Assembly: GCA_048881705.1 (NCBI GenBank)
Contig: JBHLSH010000015.1
Location: forward strand, 1-54,762
Direction of reading: 5' to 3'
Source of the DNA: Candidatus Heimdallarchaeota archaeon
GTDB lineage: Archaea; Asgardarchaeota; Heimdallarchaeia; Hodarchaeales; Hodarchaeaceae
Length of the DNA stretch: 54,762 nt
Shown here: positions 27,190 through 36,478 of the stretch, in pieces
Numbering within the stretch: the stretch's first letter is position 1
Layout: each line of letters starts with the position of its first letter
The notes under the pieces: generated by a model
Seen by the model: the letters and a program-made list of their open reading frames with translations, nothing else
What the model was told of the DNA's origin: nothing
Databases searched by the model: none
Translations under genes and position numbers: made by a program

Positions 27190-28344
27190 ATGAAAGGATT
27201 TGATGTTATGGGCAATCAATGGGACGTCATAATCTATGAGGACTCATCCAAAAAGGTAGTAAACACCCGATTAAGACTTACAAAAGATACACTAGCCGTT
27301 GCGGGGCAACATGGGAAAGCTACAGTGCTTATTGACGAACACGAGCAAGAATGGCTGCTTAAAACCTTCAATAATCTTATCGATCATGAAGTCAATATGA
27401 TGTACGATTTAGATGTAGATATAGAAGGCTCTCCAGAAGAAGGGAAAGATAGAATGCATCTTTGGCGAGTTCTCTGTGAATTCGTTGCGTCACGTCTTGG
27501 TCACCAAATAAAGTTGAAGATTCCAAAGACTCTTATCCTGTGTTCTCAGTTGGTGGCGAATTTCGAACTAACAACTTCTTCACCACTGATGCTAGATCCC
27601 GAAGTCGTTATCTTAGACGAGGAAGGTGTAGCGGAAACCGCAGAGGAGTATTATGGTTATTCAGAACGGGATGCATACTCATTTGAGACATCAAAGGCAT
27701 TTGAAAAATTACTTGCAGAAAAAAGTGTGCAGGGCGATCCATCAAGTGTTCTTGCGGTCTTGATAAAGAAAATCCCAAATACAGTGAACTTGGATCAGTT
27801 TTTGGATCAACACGCGGGAGGAATTGATGACGCATTTAGTCTTATTCAAAAGGTTGACGACGGATATTATCTACTTCCCTTTGATATTTGGTTAAATGAT
27901 CCAGATCGGAATGCAGGGAATTATTTGGTACAATTGGATGAATCTAACAACATTAAGAACCTTTGGGGTATCGATTACGAGATGTGGGCATTAGGATCGG
28001 ATATCTGGATGGAGGAGGATGAGATTACCAAGGGCCGCAGCTATCTTACAGCGATAATTCACCCTGTAAGCCACCTTTTCGATCCAAGAATCTCACAAAC
28101 TGTTCACCGAATGAGGAATTTAACCGAGGAAGAGGTCGTAATGATGACTAAAGCACCTCAGCTTTTGTGCAAGTGGTTTGAATATCATATCACTCAAAAA
28201 AATCTAAATGCCGACGAACGTATTGTCCTCAAACAAGTTGAATCAAATTTGGAAGACTTTCTTCTAGAATCAAAACCTCGAACTGATAAATTAACCAACA
28301 ACCTCGAACGACAGATCGGACTTCCCCCCGATTTTGATGATTAG
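27190..28344 (+). CDS. HipA-like / type-II PI4K-like atypical kinase
   Basis: Gly loop AGQHGKA, WLLK (ATP Lys), CEFVASRLG...IP.T (alphaC Glu), FDIWLNDPDRNAGNYL (catalytic loop), GIDYE (Mg-binding). Confidence 0.72.
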   Translation: MKGFDVMGNQWDVIIYEDSSKKVVNTRLRLTKDTLAVAGQHGKATVLIDEHEQEWLLKTFNNLIDHEVNMMYDLDVDIEGSPEEGKDRMHLWRVLCEFVASRLGHQIKLKIPKTLILCSQLVANFELTTSSPLMLDPEVVILDEEGVAETAEEYYGYSERDAYSFETSKAFEKLLAEKSVQGDPSSVLAVLIKKIPNTVNLDQFLDQHAGGIDDAFSLIQKVDDGYYLLPFDIWLNDPDRNAGNYLVQLDESNNIKNLWGIDYEMWALGSDIWMEEDEITKGRSYLTAIIHPVSHLFDPRISQTVHRMRNLTEEEVVMMTKAPQLLCKWFEYHITQKNLNADERIVLKQVESNLEDFLLESKPRTDKLTNNLERQIGLPPDFDD

Positions 28345-28398
28345 TCTCTCAGAAATTTGCATCCTCAAATGATCTGGTTTTTGGCGGTTTTGACCTAA

Positions 28399-29448
28399 AT
28401 GATTCGAGGTTTTTCAAGATGGACAGGATATGATTGCTTCCTTTGTTTTCACAAATGCTGTACCACGGAATACGAGCTTCCTCTACTTTCTTCAGAAGCA
28501 CAATACTTGAAGCGCCATTATCCAATTTCATCCTGCTTAATAAGAAAGAGCGAGAGAGGGGAAGTTCTAACCAGAGGGGATTCTTGTATTTTCTTAACAA
28601 CACAGGGTCTTTGTACACTACATGATGATCATACGAAGCCATTGGTTTGCAAAACATTTCCGTTAATCTTTTGGAAAATCAGTCCCGAAGAATATTTGGC
28701 ATGGATTTATCCTTGTGGCCGTGGATCTGGGTTCCAATGGATTATTGAACCCGAAAAACGAATAGAAGATGATTTGATCTCAGAAATGTATGGAATGGCA
28801 CGAAACCATTTTAATAGTTTCTGGGGTGAACAAATAGACCATGAAAACCCGTTTGATGAGATTTCCATTGAGAGAGTTAAAAAAGAGCAGAGATATTTCC
28901 AGAATCTAGGAGACAAACATCTGCTTGAAGACCTGGTAAAGTTTGGGGAAATTAACTTTCTTACAGCCCCGCTCTCTTCAATGATTGCTATTTTTAACAA
29001 AGATCTAAATCAAAATGAATTCAAACAAACTGTATCAGCGGTCTTACATTGGTTAAGTTGGAGCCCTGTAGGGCTTCAATTGACGTTTATTAACGCAAAA
29101 CTTATTTTTATTGCCGCTGCTCTATGGGCATACATAATTGGATTTATCCAAAGATCCCATGATCTTAAAAAGGATGGCCTTTACCAAGGAAGGATTTCTG
29201 ACTATCCAATATCAACATTCTTACCTGAAGATTCGGTTAACCCACAGCAAGATCATTTTACTCTTCCAAAAAGGCACATAACTCACCATTTGGGATTTTT
29301 TATAGCAAGAGCTATTTTACCATCCTTTTGGGCCGATGTTGTTTCACATTCCTCTGATCGAGGGCTTCAATCATTTGCAAAGGTCGTTCAGGCAGTCCTT
29401 GAAGGTCGAACACCCCAACAGGAGTTACAACAGTTCTTTCGCAGATGA
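28399..29448 (+). CDS. YkgJ-family cysteine-cluster (CxxCxxCC) protein with C-terminal helical extension
   Basis: CFLCFHKCC...CIFL...LCTLH...KPLVCKTFP. Confidence 0.8.
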   Translation: MIRGFSRWTGYDCFLCFHKCCTTEYELPLLSSEAQYLKRHYPISSCLIRKSERGEVLTRGDSCIFLTTQGLCTLHDDHTKPLVCKTFPLIFWKISPEEYLAWIYPCGRGSGFQWIIEPEKRIEDDLISEMYGMARNHFNSFWGEQIDHENPFDEISIERVKKEQRYFQNLGDKHLLEDLVKFGEINFLTAPLSSMIAIFNKDLNQNEFKQTVSAVLHWLSWSPVGLQLTFINAKLIFIAAALWAYIIGFIQRSHDLKKDGLYQGRISDYPISTFLPEDSVNPQQDHFTLPKRHITHHLGFFIARAILPSFWADVVSHSSDRGLQSFAKVVQAVLEGRTPQQELQQFFRR

Positions 29449-29516
29449 AACCAATAACCCCTGGACAAAAGTAAAGAATTAAGAATGTGTCCCAATTCCA
29501 GGTAATATGATCAATT

Positions 29517-29690
29517 ATGGCAGGTTCACACGGATCATTAACAAAAGCAGGAAAGGTTCGTAATCAAACCCCAAAGGTTCAAGCTCGACCACGTAAAGGA
29601 CTTACTCCCAGTCTTAGAAGCAAAAAGAATTATTTTAAACGGGTAGTGAAAGAAATACCAGTCGGACAACCTGAATTTAGACGATCCTAG
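29517..29690 (+). CDS. rps30e: 30S ribosomal protein eS30 (57 aa; below the ORF-track cutoff)
   Basis: Manually translated MAGSHGSLTKAGKVRNQTPKVQARPRKGLTPSLRSKKNYFKRVV...; GSHGSL.KAGKVR.QTPK is the eS30 signature. Confidence 0.95.
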   Translation: MAGSHGSLTKAGKVRNQTPKVQARPRKGLTPSLRSKKNYFKRVVKEIPVGQPEFRRS

Positions 29691-29731
29691 GTTTTAATCT
29701 TTTTTGACTGTTAGGGAGCCTTTTTCGACCA

Positions 29732-30058
29732 TTATAAAGATGTACGTTCACCACATCGCTCACAGAACTTCGCATCTACTCGAAGCTCAGCACCACACCT
29801 TGCACAAAACTGGTTGGAGAAAGTACCCTCTTGAAAAGTTTCCCTCTTCTGTTTTTCTTCAAATTCCGACCACGCTGATTTGTGTGGGTTAATTCCTCTT
29901 TTTTCCTGATGTTCAAACCAATAACTCTTGCTTTTCTTCTTTTTGGGCTTGGAGGGTCTATTATTCTTACTAATTGCTTTCACGCGACCTAAGGATTGTG
30001 GGTTTCTCTGTGTACTTATTCCGCGATTGGGCTTAAAAGATCTCCCGTCATGGAACAA
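29732..30058 (-). CDS. Basic protein with C-terminal zinc ribbon
   Basis: FCARCGAELRVDAKFCERCG double CxxC; Lys-rich N-terminal part. Confidence 0.6.
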   Translation of the reverse strand: MFHDGRSFKPNRGISTQRNPQSLGRVKAISKNNRPSKPKKKKSKSYWFEHQEKRGINPHKSAWSEFEEKQKRETFQEGTFSNQFCARCGAELRVDAKFCERCGERTSL

Positions 30059-30102
30059 ACGTCATAAAAAGCTCGAAAACAAACAGAGGTAATAAGAAAA
30101 AA

Positions 30103-30207
30103 TGGTAGCGGCCGGAGGATTTGAACCGTCCGATCTTGGGGTCTCTCAGAGGAATGTTATCTTCCGCTTATGAGCCCCACGGGATAACCTGGCTACCCTA
30201 GGCCGCT
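30103..30207 (-). tRNA. tRNA-iMet(CAT) with 26-nt canonical 37/38 intron (30143-30168) and encoded CCA
   Basis: AGCGGCC/GGCCGCT acceptor (A1:U72), G29-G31:C39-C41 anticodon stem, CTCATA, BHB motif (CTCA/TGAG helix, TAA and AGA bulges), TTCAAAT T-loop. Confidence 0.93.
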
Positions 30208-30339
30208 AAAAAACTTGTTTACCTATTATAGGAATTCCTAATTGGCACACAAAAGGATTCTCTTGTGGCATTTCGGCTTATAGGATATATTAAAACGTTT
30301 TCCATCTTGGTTTTAAGTGCAATCCTGCCATGGGATGTT

Positions 30340-30702
30340 TCAATCTGTCAGAAAAAACGCTTTAAATTCGGGATTTTGTTGGAGAAGCTCCGTAACCTGG
30401 AGACCAAGAGGGGTAAGTTGCCAACCTTTCTCCCCACGTTCAACCAATCCGAGCTCTAGGAGTGATCGACTGTATTTCCCGGTTCGTATATGACTTCTAA
30501 CTGTATCTAGGCCCACGCCAATGATTTTACTCAATCGTTTATATCCAACGGAATCACGGTAGAGCTCGATTAGAATTCGTTTTTTGGTTCGCCCAAGCCT
30601 TTCGAGAATATCTTTTGGATCGATCGCGGAATTAAGGGAGCGGTCCCGTGAATCTCCATCTCCTCTATGGTTCAATGCATCATAGGGCTCTTCTTCTGGC
30701 AT
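30340..30702 (-). CDS. Winged-helix (ArsR-like) DNA-binding protein
   Basis: KKRILIEL...YKRLSKIIGVGLDTVRSHI...LLELGLVER....WQLTPLG. Confidence 0.72.
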   Translation of the reverse strand: MPEEEPYDALNHRGDGDSRDRSLNSAIDPKDILERLGRTKKRILIELYRDSVGYKRLSKIIGVGLDTVRSHIRTGKYSRSLLELGLVERGEKGWQLTPLGLQVTELLQQNPEFKAFFLTD

Positions 30703-30740
30703 TACAATCTACCTATTTTACATAGGTATGCAGAACCTGA

Positions 30741-31043
30741 TCAAGCACGTTGCAGTTCGGTTCTTTTGGCTCTTGGACGACTTCGAATCCAACGTTTCCC
30801 ACATTCAGGGCATTTGAGGCGAAGATCAACCTTTTTAGTTGTTTTAGATGTCATGTTTCTTGATGCGATTGGCCTTCGTGAATATCGACCGTGATTTCCG
30901 ATTCTACTAGTCCATCGGGCCATAGAACGGCTGCCCCGGCTCATACCACCTCCACGCTGCTTACTTTTCTCTATTTTCACAGTTTGGACTGTATGTTTAT
31001 TACAGTATGGACAGAATGTTCTCATTTTTGAGGGAATTTTCAA
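30741..31043 (-). CDS. rpl44e: 50S ribosomal protein eL42 (L44e)
   Basis: MKIP..MRTFCPYCNKHT; KTTKKVDLRLKCPECGK. Confidence 0.96.
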   Translation of the reverse strand: MKIPSKMRTFCPYCNKHTVQTVKIEKSKQRGGGMSRGSRSMARWTSRIGNHGRYSRRPIASRNMTSKTTKKVDLRLKCPECGKRWIRSRPRAKRTELQRA

Positions 31044-31292
31044 TCTACGCGTACTCCACTAAAAGAATCCGCCAATCCGCGACGTACTACGCGAAATAAG
31101 TTAGTAAACTGCAGTTTAGTAATCGATATTTGAGGTTTATTTTAGTCATTTAACAAAAGAGGTTCCTATACCTATCCTATTTCTAGCCATTTCCGTCATA
31201 TGAAATGTCTTTTCCCTAAAAGAGGAACACACAGGAGAGCTGATTCTAAAACAAATAAAACTAAAAGCTTTCGGAAATTCTACCAAAATGCA

Positions 31293-32414
31293 ATGAAAGA
31301 AGACCTATCTAAGGTACTGCGAAATACAAAGGTGAGAGGATGGCTAGAAATCGTAGTTCTGCTTATTATAGCTCTTGGAATGGCGATCACAATATCTAGT
31401 GGTTTAAACATTATGTTGAACGGAGCCACTCACCCCACAGCGGCGGTCACAACTGGAAGTATGATTCCCATTTATAATGGGTATCAAGATACAGAACAAG
31501 CCGATATTTATCCTCTTCGTGGCGATATCCTACTTGTTAGAAAGGTTTTACCCGCTTCAATCGAGATCGGTGAAGTAATCGTCTTTAATGTTTCTCAAGT
31601 CTCAGATCCGATAGTGCACAGGGTTGTCGACAAATGGGAAGTAAATGAGACGTATTATTTCAAGACAAATGGAGACAATCGGAAGGATCCAGATACTTGG
31701 GTAGTTAAGGGAAAAGATGTCTTTGGAATCGTTGTGGTTCGTATTCCGTATATTGGCTGGTTTTTGATTCTTTTTCAATCCACGCCTGGTCGAATTATTC
31801 TTTTGGTCAGTGCAGCCTTCCTATTATTCTCAGGTAACGGGGAAGAGACAAATGACAAGAATGCAAAGACAGCAGATGTCTTCCCAAAAGGAAAAAGACG
31901 GAAGGGCACTTATATCCGGGCGGGATTACTGCTGCTCCCGATACTCATATTCATCGGTTTTAATCTGTTCGCTGCATTTGCTTCTCCCCCTTCAGTAATG
32001 ATATACTCCATTCCGACAGACAGCAGTTCTTCATATCAGAATTTGTTAGAGTCAACAAAGGATGATAAGGTCACTCTTTTCTTGCCATCTTCCCGTTACC
32101 GGTGGAAAAAAGATGGTCAATCCCCGCAGGAAACATTCTTTTTTCCGATCAGAATTAATGTTGTGTCAGGAGGAATTTTAAACAACATAGATTCAATCGA
32201 AATTGTCACAAACGTTCTAGGGATGGAATCTCTTTATCGTTGGACGCTTGTATACAATTATGTAGGGGTACGAACCCTTGAGGGAGGAATTATTGCCCTA
32301 ATCAGTGGAGAGGGAATTTTTAATGCTAGTATCACTCTAAATTATTACTCACGTGGGTTGTTCGCTTCAAATCCCTCTTCTACAACGTTTCCTCTATTAC
32401 TGGATAATAGATGA
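31293..32414 (+). CDS. Signal peptidase I (SEC11-type) with long C-terminal extension
   Basis: TGSMIP (Ser), GDILLV, PIVHRV (His), TNGDN, RIPYIGW. Start ATG 31293 (or 31200). Confidence 0.85.
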   Translation: MKEDLSKVLRNTKVRGWLEIVVLLIIALGMAITISSGLNIMLNGATHPTAAVTTGSMIPIYNGYQDTEQADIYPLRGDILLVRKVLPASIEIGEVIVFNVSQVSDPIVHRVVDKWEVNETYYFKTNGDNRKDPDTWVVKGKDVFGIVVVRIPYIGWFLILFQSTPGRIILLVSAAFLLFSGNGEETNDKNAKTADVFPKGKRRKGTYIRAGLLLLPILIFIGFNLFAAFASPPSVMIYSIPTDSSSSYQNLLESTKDDKVTLFLPSSRYRWKKDGQSPQETFFFPIRINVVSGGILNNIDSIEIVTNVLGMESLYRWTLVYNYVGVRTLEGGIIALISGEGIFNASITLNYYSRGLFASNPSSTTFPLLLDNR

Positions 32415-32420
32415 TATTTA

Positions 32421-33176
32421 ATGAGCAATATTTTCTATCTGGTTGGAACAGCTGGTTCAGGTAAGACCGTACTTACTGCCTCACTTCAACGATACTTAAC
32501 GACAAAAGGAGCCACGTTGACTACGGTAAATTTAGATCCAGCAGTTCAACACATTCCATACAAGGCAGACATTGATATCCGAGACTATATTAATTTTGAC
32601 CAACTGGTTGATGAATATCAATTAGGTCCAAATGGAGCCATCGTAGCTGCAGCCGACCTAATTGCAGATTACGTAAATGATATCAAAGAAGCAATAGAGG
32701 AATTGGGAGAGAGTTCCCAGGTTGTCCTGGTTGATACTCCAGGCCAGATGGAACTTTTTGCATATCGAAGTTCTAGTGTGAGAATTACGCGAAGTTTCTA
32801 CAGTGATTCTTCATTAATTGCCTTTCTTTTTGATTCAGCTCTGGTATCTTCCATTTCAGGATATCTCTCTGTAAATCTCCTTGCTACTTCTGTTCAGATA
32901 CGTTTAAATCTTCCTATTACGCACGTGATGACAAAAACCGATCTTTTAAAGCCCTCCAAAGTAGAGGAGATCTTGGGATGGCGAGAAGATCCTTATACAG
33001 CAATAGAAGAGCTACACGGGCTGACACGGGAGTTTGCTTCCCGAACAGGCCAAATCTTTGAAGATATGGCCGACATCCCTCTCTTGCCTTGTAGTGCCTA
33101 TTCAGGTGAAGGTCTTGACCTATTGGCTGCACAAATCAGCCGTACGTTTGCTTATGGCGATGATTGGTCCATTTGA
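32421..33176 (+). CDS. GPN-loop GTPase
   Basis: GTAGSGKT, VNLDP, LGPNG, DTPGQMELF, TKTD. Confidence 0.95.
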   Translation: MSNIFYLVGTAGSGKTVLTASLQRYLTTKGATLTTVNLDPAVQHIPYKADIDIRDYINFDQLVDEYQLGPNGAIVAAADLIADYVNDIKEAIEELGESSQVVLVDTPGQMELFAYRSSSVRITRSFYSDSSLIAFLFDSALVSSISGYLSVNLLATSVQIRLNLPITHVMTKTDLLKPSKVEEILGWREDPYTAIEELHGLTREFASRTGQIFEDMADIPLLPCSAYSGEGLDLLAAQISRTFAYGDDWSI

Positions 33177-33211
33177 GGCATTTTCTTCTATAAGTTACGC
33201 TTCAAAATATC

Positions 33212-33607
33212 CTAAGTGGGCCCAGGAACCATCCAAAATAGTGAACTAACAACGATGAAAAGAAGGATAAATGTAAACGTTCCACTGAGCCAAAGCCGTT
33301 TATTATCAACATCTTCACGAGGTACCTTCAAAATATAGCGGATAAACAATGCACACATAACGAGTCCTGCAATCAATAAGACAAACCACAAATCTGGGGA
33401 CAATTTAAAGAAAAGAAAAGCAATTCCAGCTATCGTTCCATTCCCGATTCCAAAGGCGACTTTAGAATAATAATTCTTAGCACTGGGTTTCAGTCCAGTC
33501 GGTCGTTTAGAACCCTTTTTCACGTCACGGGGAGTAGTGGGTTCATCCTCAGGTTCCCGAATCCGACGAATCTTTCGTTCACTGATGCTTCGCCTTTCTC
33601 TACTCAA
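33212..33607 (-). CDS. EMC6/Rab5ip-like 3-TM membrane protein
   Basis: Y.SKV..G...G..AG, LWLSGTFTFILLFIVVSSLFW resemble EMC6-like archaeal proteins. Confidence 0.6.
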   Translation of the reverse strand: MSRERRSISERKIRRIREPEDEPTTPRDVKKGSKRPTGLKPSAKNYYSKVAFGIGNGTIAGIAFLFFKLSPDLWFVLLIAGLVMCALFIRYILKVPREDVDNKRLWLSGTFTFILLFIVVSSLFWMVPGPT

Positions 33608-33766
33608 TTCAAACTCCTATCCTTTTTCCGATATAATATTTTTACATTGTATCTTTGGCAACTGCTCGATTGAATCAGAGATCGTCTGAGATTAATTTAT
33701 TCATCTGATAGAAAAACCCTTTTTTTCTACGAAAAGATTCATTTCCCTGGTCGAGCATGAAATCTA

Positions 33767-34396
33767 GTGAATGAAGGGACCATTATGAATTACTCAGGCG
33801 AGTATTTGGTGAAATTAGCCCGGAGAGTTATCGAAACATATCTAAAGAATGGAATAAGGATCCAAATACCAAAAGATGCTCCTCAAGATCTGTTTGATGA
33901 GTCAGGTGCCTTTGTGACACTTCATACAACAATTGGAGGTGGTACGGCTAATCTAAGAGGTTGTATAGGGAGGATTGAAAGCAGGAACAGTACATTAATC
34001 CAATCTACGATTGATTCAGCGATCGATGCCGCTATTCATGATCCCCGATTTCCTCCTGTCAATGAAACCGAAATGCAGCAGATTACGGTCGAGGTAACAG
34101 TCTTAACGCCTCCCCAAAGGCTTATAATTTCCAATCCCGAGGAATATTTTCACCAGATAGAAATCGGGAAACATGGTCTTATTGCTCAACGAGGTTTCAA
34201 TCGTGGATTATTACTGCCACAGGTGCCCGTTGAACAGAAATGGAACATTAAAACCTACCTAGATTACGTTTGCATGAAGGCAGGGCTTCCAGCTGAAGCA
34301 TGGCGCCATCTAGAAACCAAAATTTCGCGGTTTGAGGGTATAATTTTCACTGAAACAATCCCCAATGGCCCAATTCAGCATCGGATTGTTCAATGA
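33767..34396 (+). CDS. AMMECR1 / AmmeMemoRadiSam protein A
   Basis: GAFVTL, LRGCIG, DPRF, GKHGLI, GLLLPQV. Alternative start ATG 33785. Confidence 0.93.
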   Translation: MNEGTIMNYSGEYLVKLARRVIETYLKNGIRIQIPKDAPQDLFDESGAFVTLHTTIGGGTANLRGCIGRIESRNSTLIQSTIDSAIDAAIHDPRFPPVNETEMQQITVEVTVLTPPQRLIISNPEEYFHQIEIGKHGLIAQRGFNRGLLLPQVPVEQKWNIKTYLDYVCMKAGLPAEAWRHLETKISRFEGIIFTETIPNGPIQHRIVQ

Positions 34397-35508
34397 CTTA
34401 CTAACCTTGTCTTCAAACCAATAACCTCATCCAATTGTTCGTGATCGAAGTTTTCGGAGACTTCGAGAGAAACCTTATCTCGATAGAGACAACAGGCCGT
34501 ATTGTCTTGGATATGTGATTTTAAAACTTCCCCAAGATACCCAAATTGAATGGGTCGCATTAACCAACGGGAAGATCCTTGTTCCAGAAGTTTTAACGCA
34601 TCTAATGAGGTTTTTTCTTGATTAAAGTCAAAAGAGGTGGGAGCTACGCCGATAGAAATTCCCAGATCTTCCGCCAGGTCCTTACATATGGCTTCACATA
34701 ATAACTCACAGGCCAAACAAAATGAGGGGGATTCGGGGAATGAAGCTAGAGTATCTTTAAGAGAAACGATTTTCACGGGAGAACCAAACTGCATCTTAAC
34801 AAAACTTAGGTATTCATCTTCGAACGGTTTCCCTGTCTTGAAAAACACTGGAATGATTTTGGTCCCGCGCTTTTGCATCAACCAAGCCGCAAGTAAGGAA
34901 TTGTAGTGTGGTTTAATTAAGGCCAAAACGGTTCCTTGGGCGTACGATGGAAGTCCACCGATTCCCGTGAAGATTCGGTCATATATGAATGTTAGGGGCC
35001 CCCGAACATCCAGATATATCTCGAAATCGGGATTTTCGAGATCTACTCTTACCCCGGATCCAGTCTGCCTCAATACCTCTGCCCCAACTGCCGCCGCGAT
35101 TTCCATTGAAGAGAATTCGTGATTTCCTTCCCGACGAGTACGGACTGCAAAGCTGCTTTGGGAGATGATATGTTTGAGGCTTTGAGTCGTACCAACTTTG
35201 ATGATTTCATCTACGGAGGACTGTACGACCAATGCAGGACTAACGGAAGAAACTCCGCTAACTTGACGGGCGATTTTACTGGCCACTTCTGCATGATCTA
35301 CTGGAGTATCAGAGTAAAGTAGAAATCTTCCACGAAAACGCAAAATTTTCGAGTTCATTTTCGGGTCAAGAATGTCAAGAATGTTTCTTCGCAAGATTTC
35401 AAGCATTCGTTGTCGTGTCCGAGGGCTTTTGATCCATAGTTCGCCAGCAAACCGTACAAGAATGATGTGTTGGCCATTTAAAAATGAATAATCGTGCTTC
35501 CCCGTCAT
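34390..35508 (-). CDS. THUMP-domain ThiI-like protein with degenerate PP-loop
   Basis: VRFAGELWIKS..TR, THUMP (SFAVRTRREGNHEFSS...VDLENPD), GIGGLP, AAWLMQKRG; SGGxDS replaced by KPHYNS. Confidence 0.8.
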   Translation of the reverse strand: MTGKHDYSFLNGQHIILVRFAGELWIKSPRTRQRMLEILRRNILDILDPKMNSKILRFRGRFLLYSDTPVDHAEVASKIARQVSGVSSVSPALVVQSSVDEIIKVGTTQSLKHIISQSSFAVRTRREGNHEFSSMEIAAAVGAEVLRQTGSGVRVDLENPDFEIYLDVRGPLTFIYDRIFTGIGGLPSYAQGTVLALIKPHYNSLLAAWLMQKRGTKIIPVFFKTGKPFEDEYLSFVKMQFGSPVKIVSLKDTLASFPESPSFCLACELLCEAICKDLAEDLGISIGVAPTSFDFNQEKTSLDALKLLEQGSSRWLMRPIQFGYLGEVLKSHIQDNTACCLYRDKVSLEVSENFDHEQLDEVIGLKTRLVSH

Positions 35509-35693
35509 TTACTTCGTTAGCTTCCCATAACATATCGAAAAAGTAGTTTTAATGCCTTTCAAGATTTTCAAAGCTCGAAAGAAGATTATTCTCCAAAAAC
35601 GAATGTCTCAGAGTAACTATAATAGATCATCGCAAAGCTTTCACTTGTCAGGTTTCATCACAGACTCGTTATTGCCATGAAAACGTGAGGGAT

Positions 35694-36125
35694 TCAATCA
35701 AGTGAATCCTCGTCTTCATCTGTACGAAGCTCCTCAGAAGTTCGAATAATATTTGCCACTTCATAATATTGTTCAAATCGTTTCAAAATTGCAGTTTGCA
35801 GGAGAGGCGGTAGGTTTTTAATTTTTTTAGCTACGATCTTTCGGGCTTTATCACGGTCATCGGGCAGTTCAGAAAAGCCCCACATTTCAGAAGGGCCAGC
35901 TTGTTGATTCTTTTCAATCAGATAAACCAAGCCCTCTTGCTGTTGAAAAGCAAAAAACTTAGGTTGAATTAACGGACAATCGATAAACCCGTGTTTGCCC
36001 GTAACGGTGAATAGATGATTGCATCTCTTAAAGTTCGGGGATGTAGCTCCTGTTTTGAATGCACAATGCCCCGTATCAAGATAATTCCAGGTTACATCCA
36101 TTTCTGAAGTTGTCATTTCAATCAC
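35694..36125 (-). CDS. Hypothetical protein
   Basis: 143-aa ORF immediately downstream of tRNA-Thr; no motif. Confidence 0.6.
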   Translation of the reverse strand: MIEMTTSEMDVTWNYLDTGHCAFKTGATSPNFKRCNHLFTVTGKHGFIDCPLIQPKFFAFQQQEGLVYLIEKNQQAGPSEMWGFSELPDDRDKARKIVAKKIKNLPPLLQTAILKRFEQYYEVANIIRTSEELRTDEDEDSLD

Positions 36126-36168
36126 AACATTTCATGGCATCAAGTCGATTCCCAAGCAATGACGTACA

Positions 36169-36241
36169 AGCCGCTGGAGGGACTTGAACCCTCGACCAAC
36201 AGATTACAAGTCTGTCGCTCTACCAACTAAGCCACAGCGGC
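36169..36241 (-). tRNA. tRNA-Thr(TGT)
   Basis: GCCGCTG/CAGCGGC acceptor, ACAGA-CTTGTAA-TCTGT anticodon arm, GAGGG-TTCAAGT-CCCTC T arm, U73, no CCA. Confidence 0.96.
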
Positions 36242-36478
36242 AGTCGAGGTTTACATGGAATAAAACCAGTTTGAGGTATTTTGGGCTCTGGGTCAGTTAC
36301 CCTACTCTGTTTACGTCTTTAACAGAGACCAGGTTATAACTGCAACTGGTTTATGAGATATTCAGCGGCTTGTATGGCACTTTTTTCCACATGATTATAA
36401 CTTTGACATCTTGAGGGAGTATCAACTAGGTTCTTAATCTATCTATGCATCCAAAAATCCGGCTCGCTAGCCCGAGCC

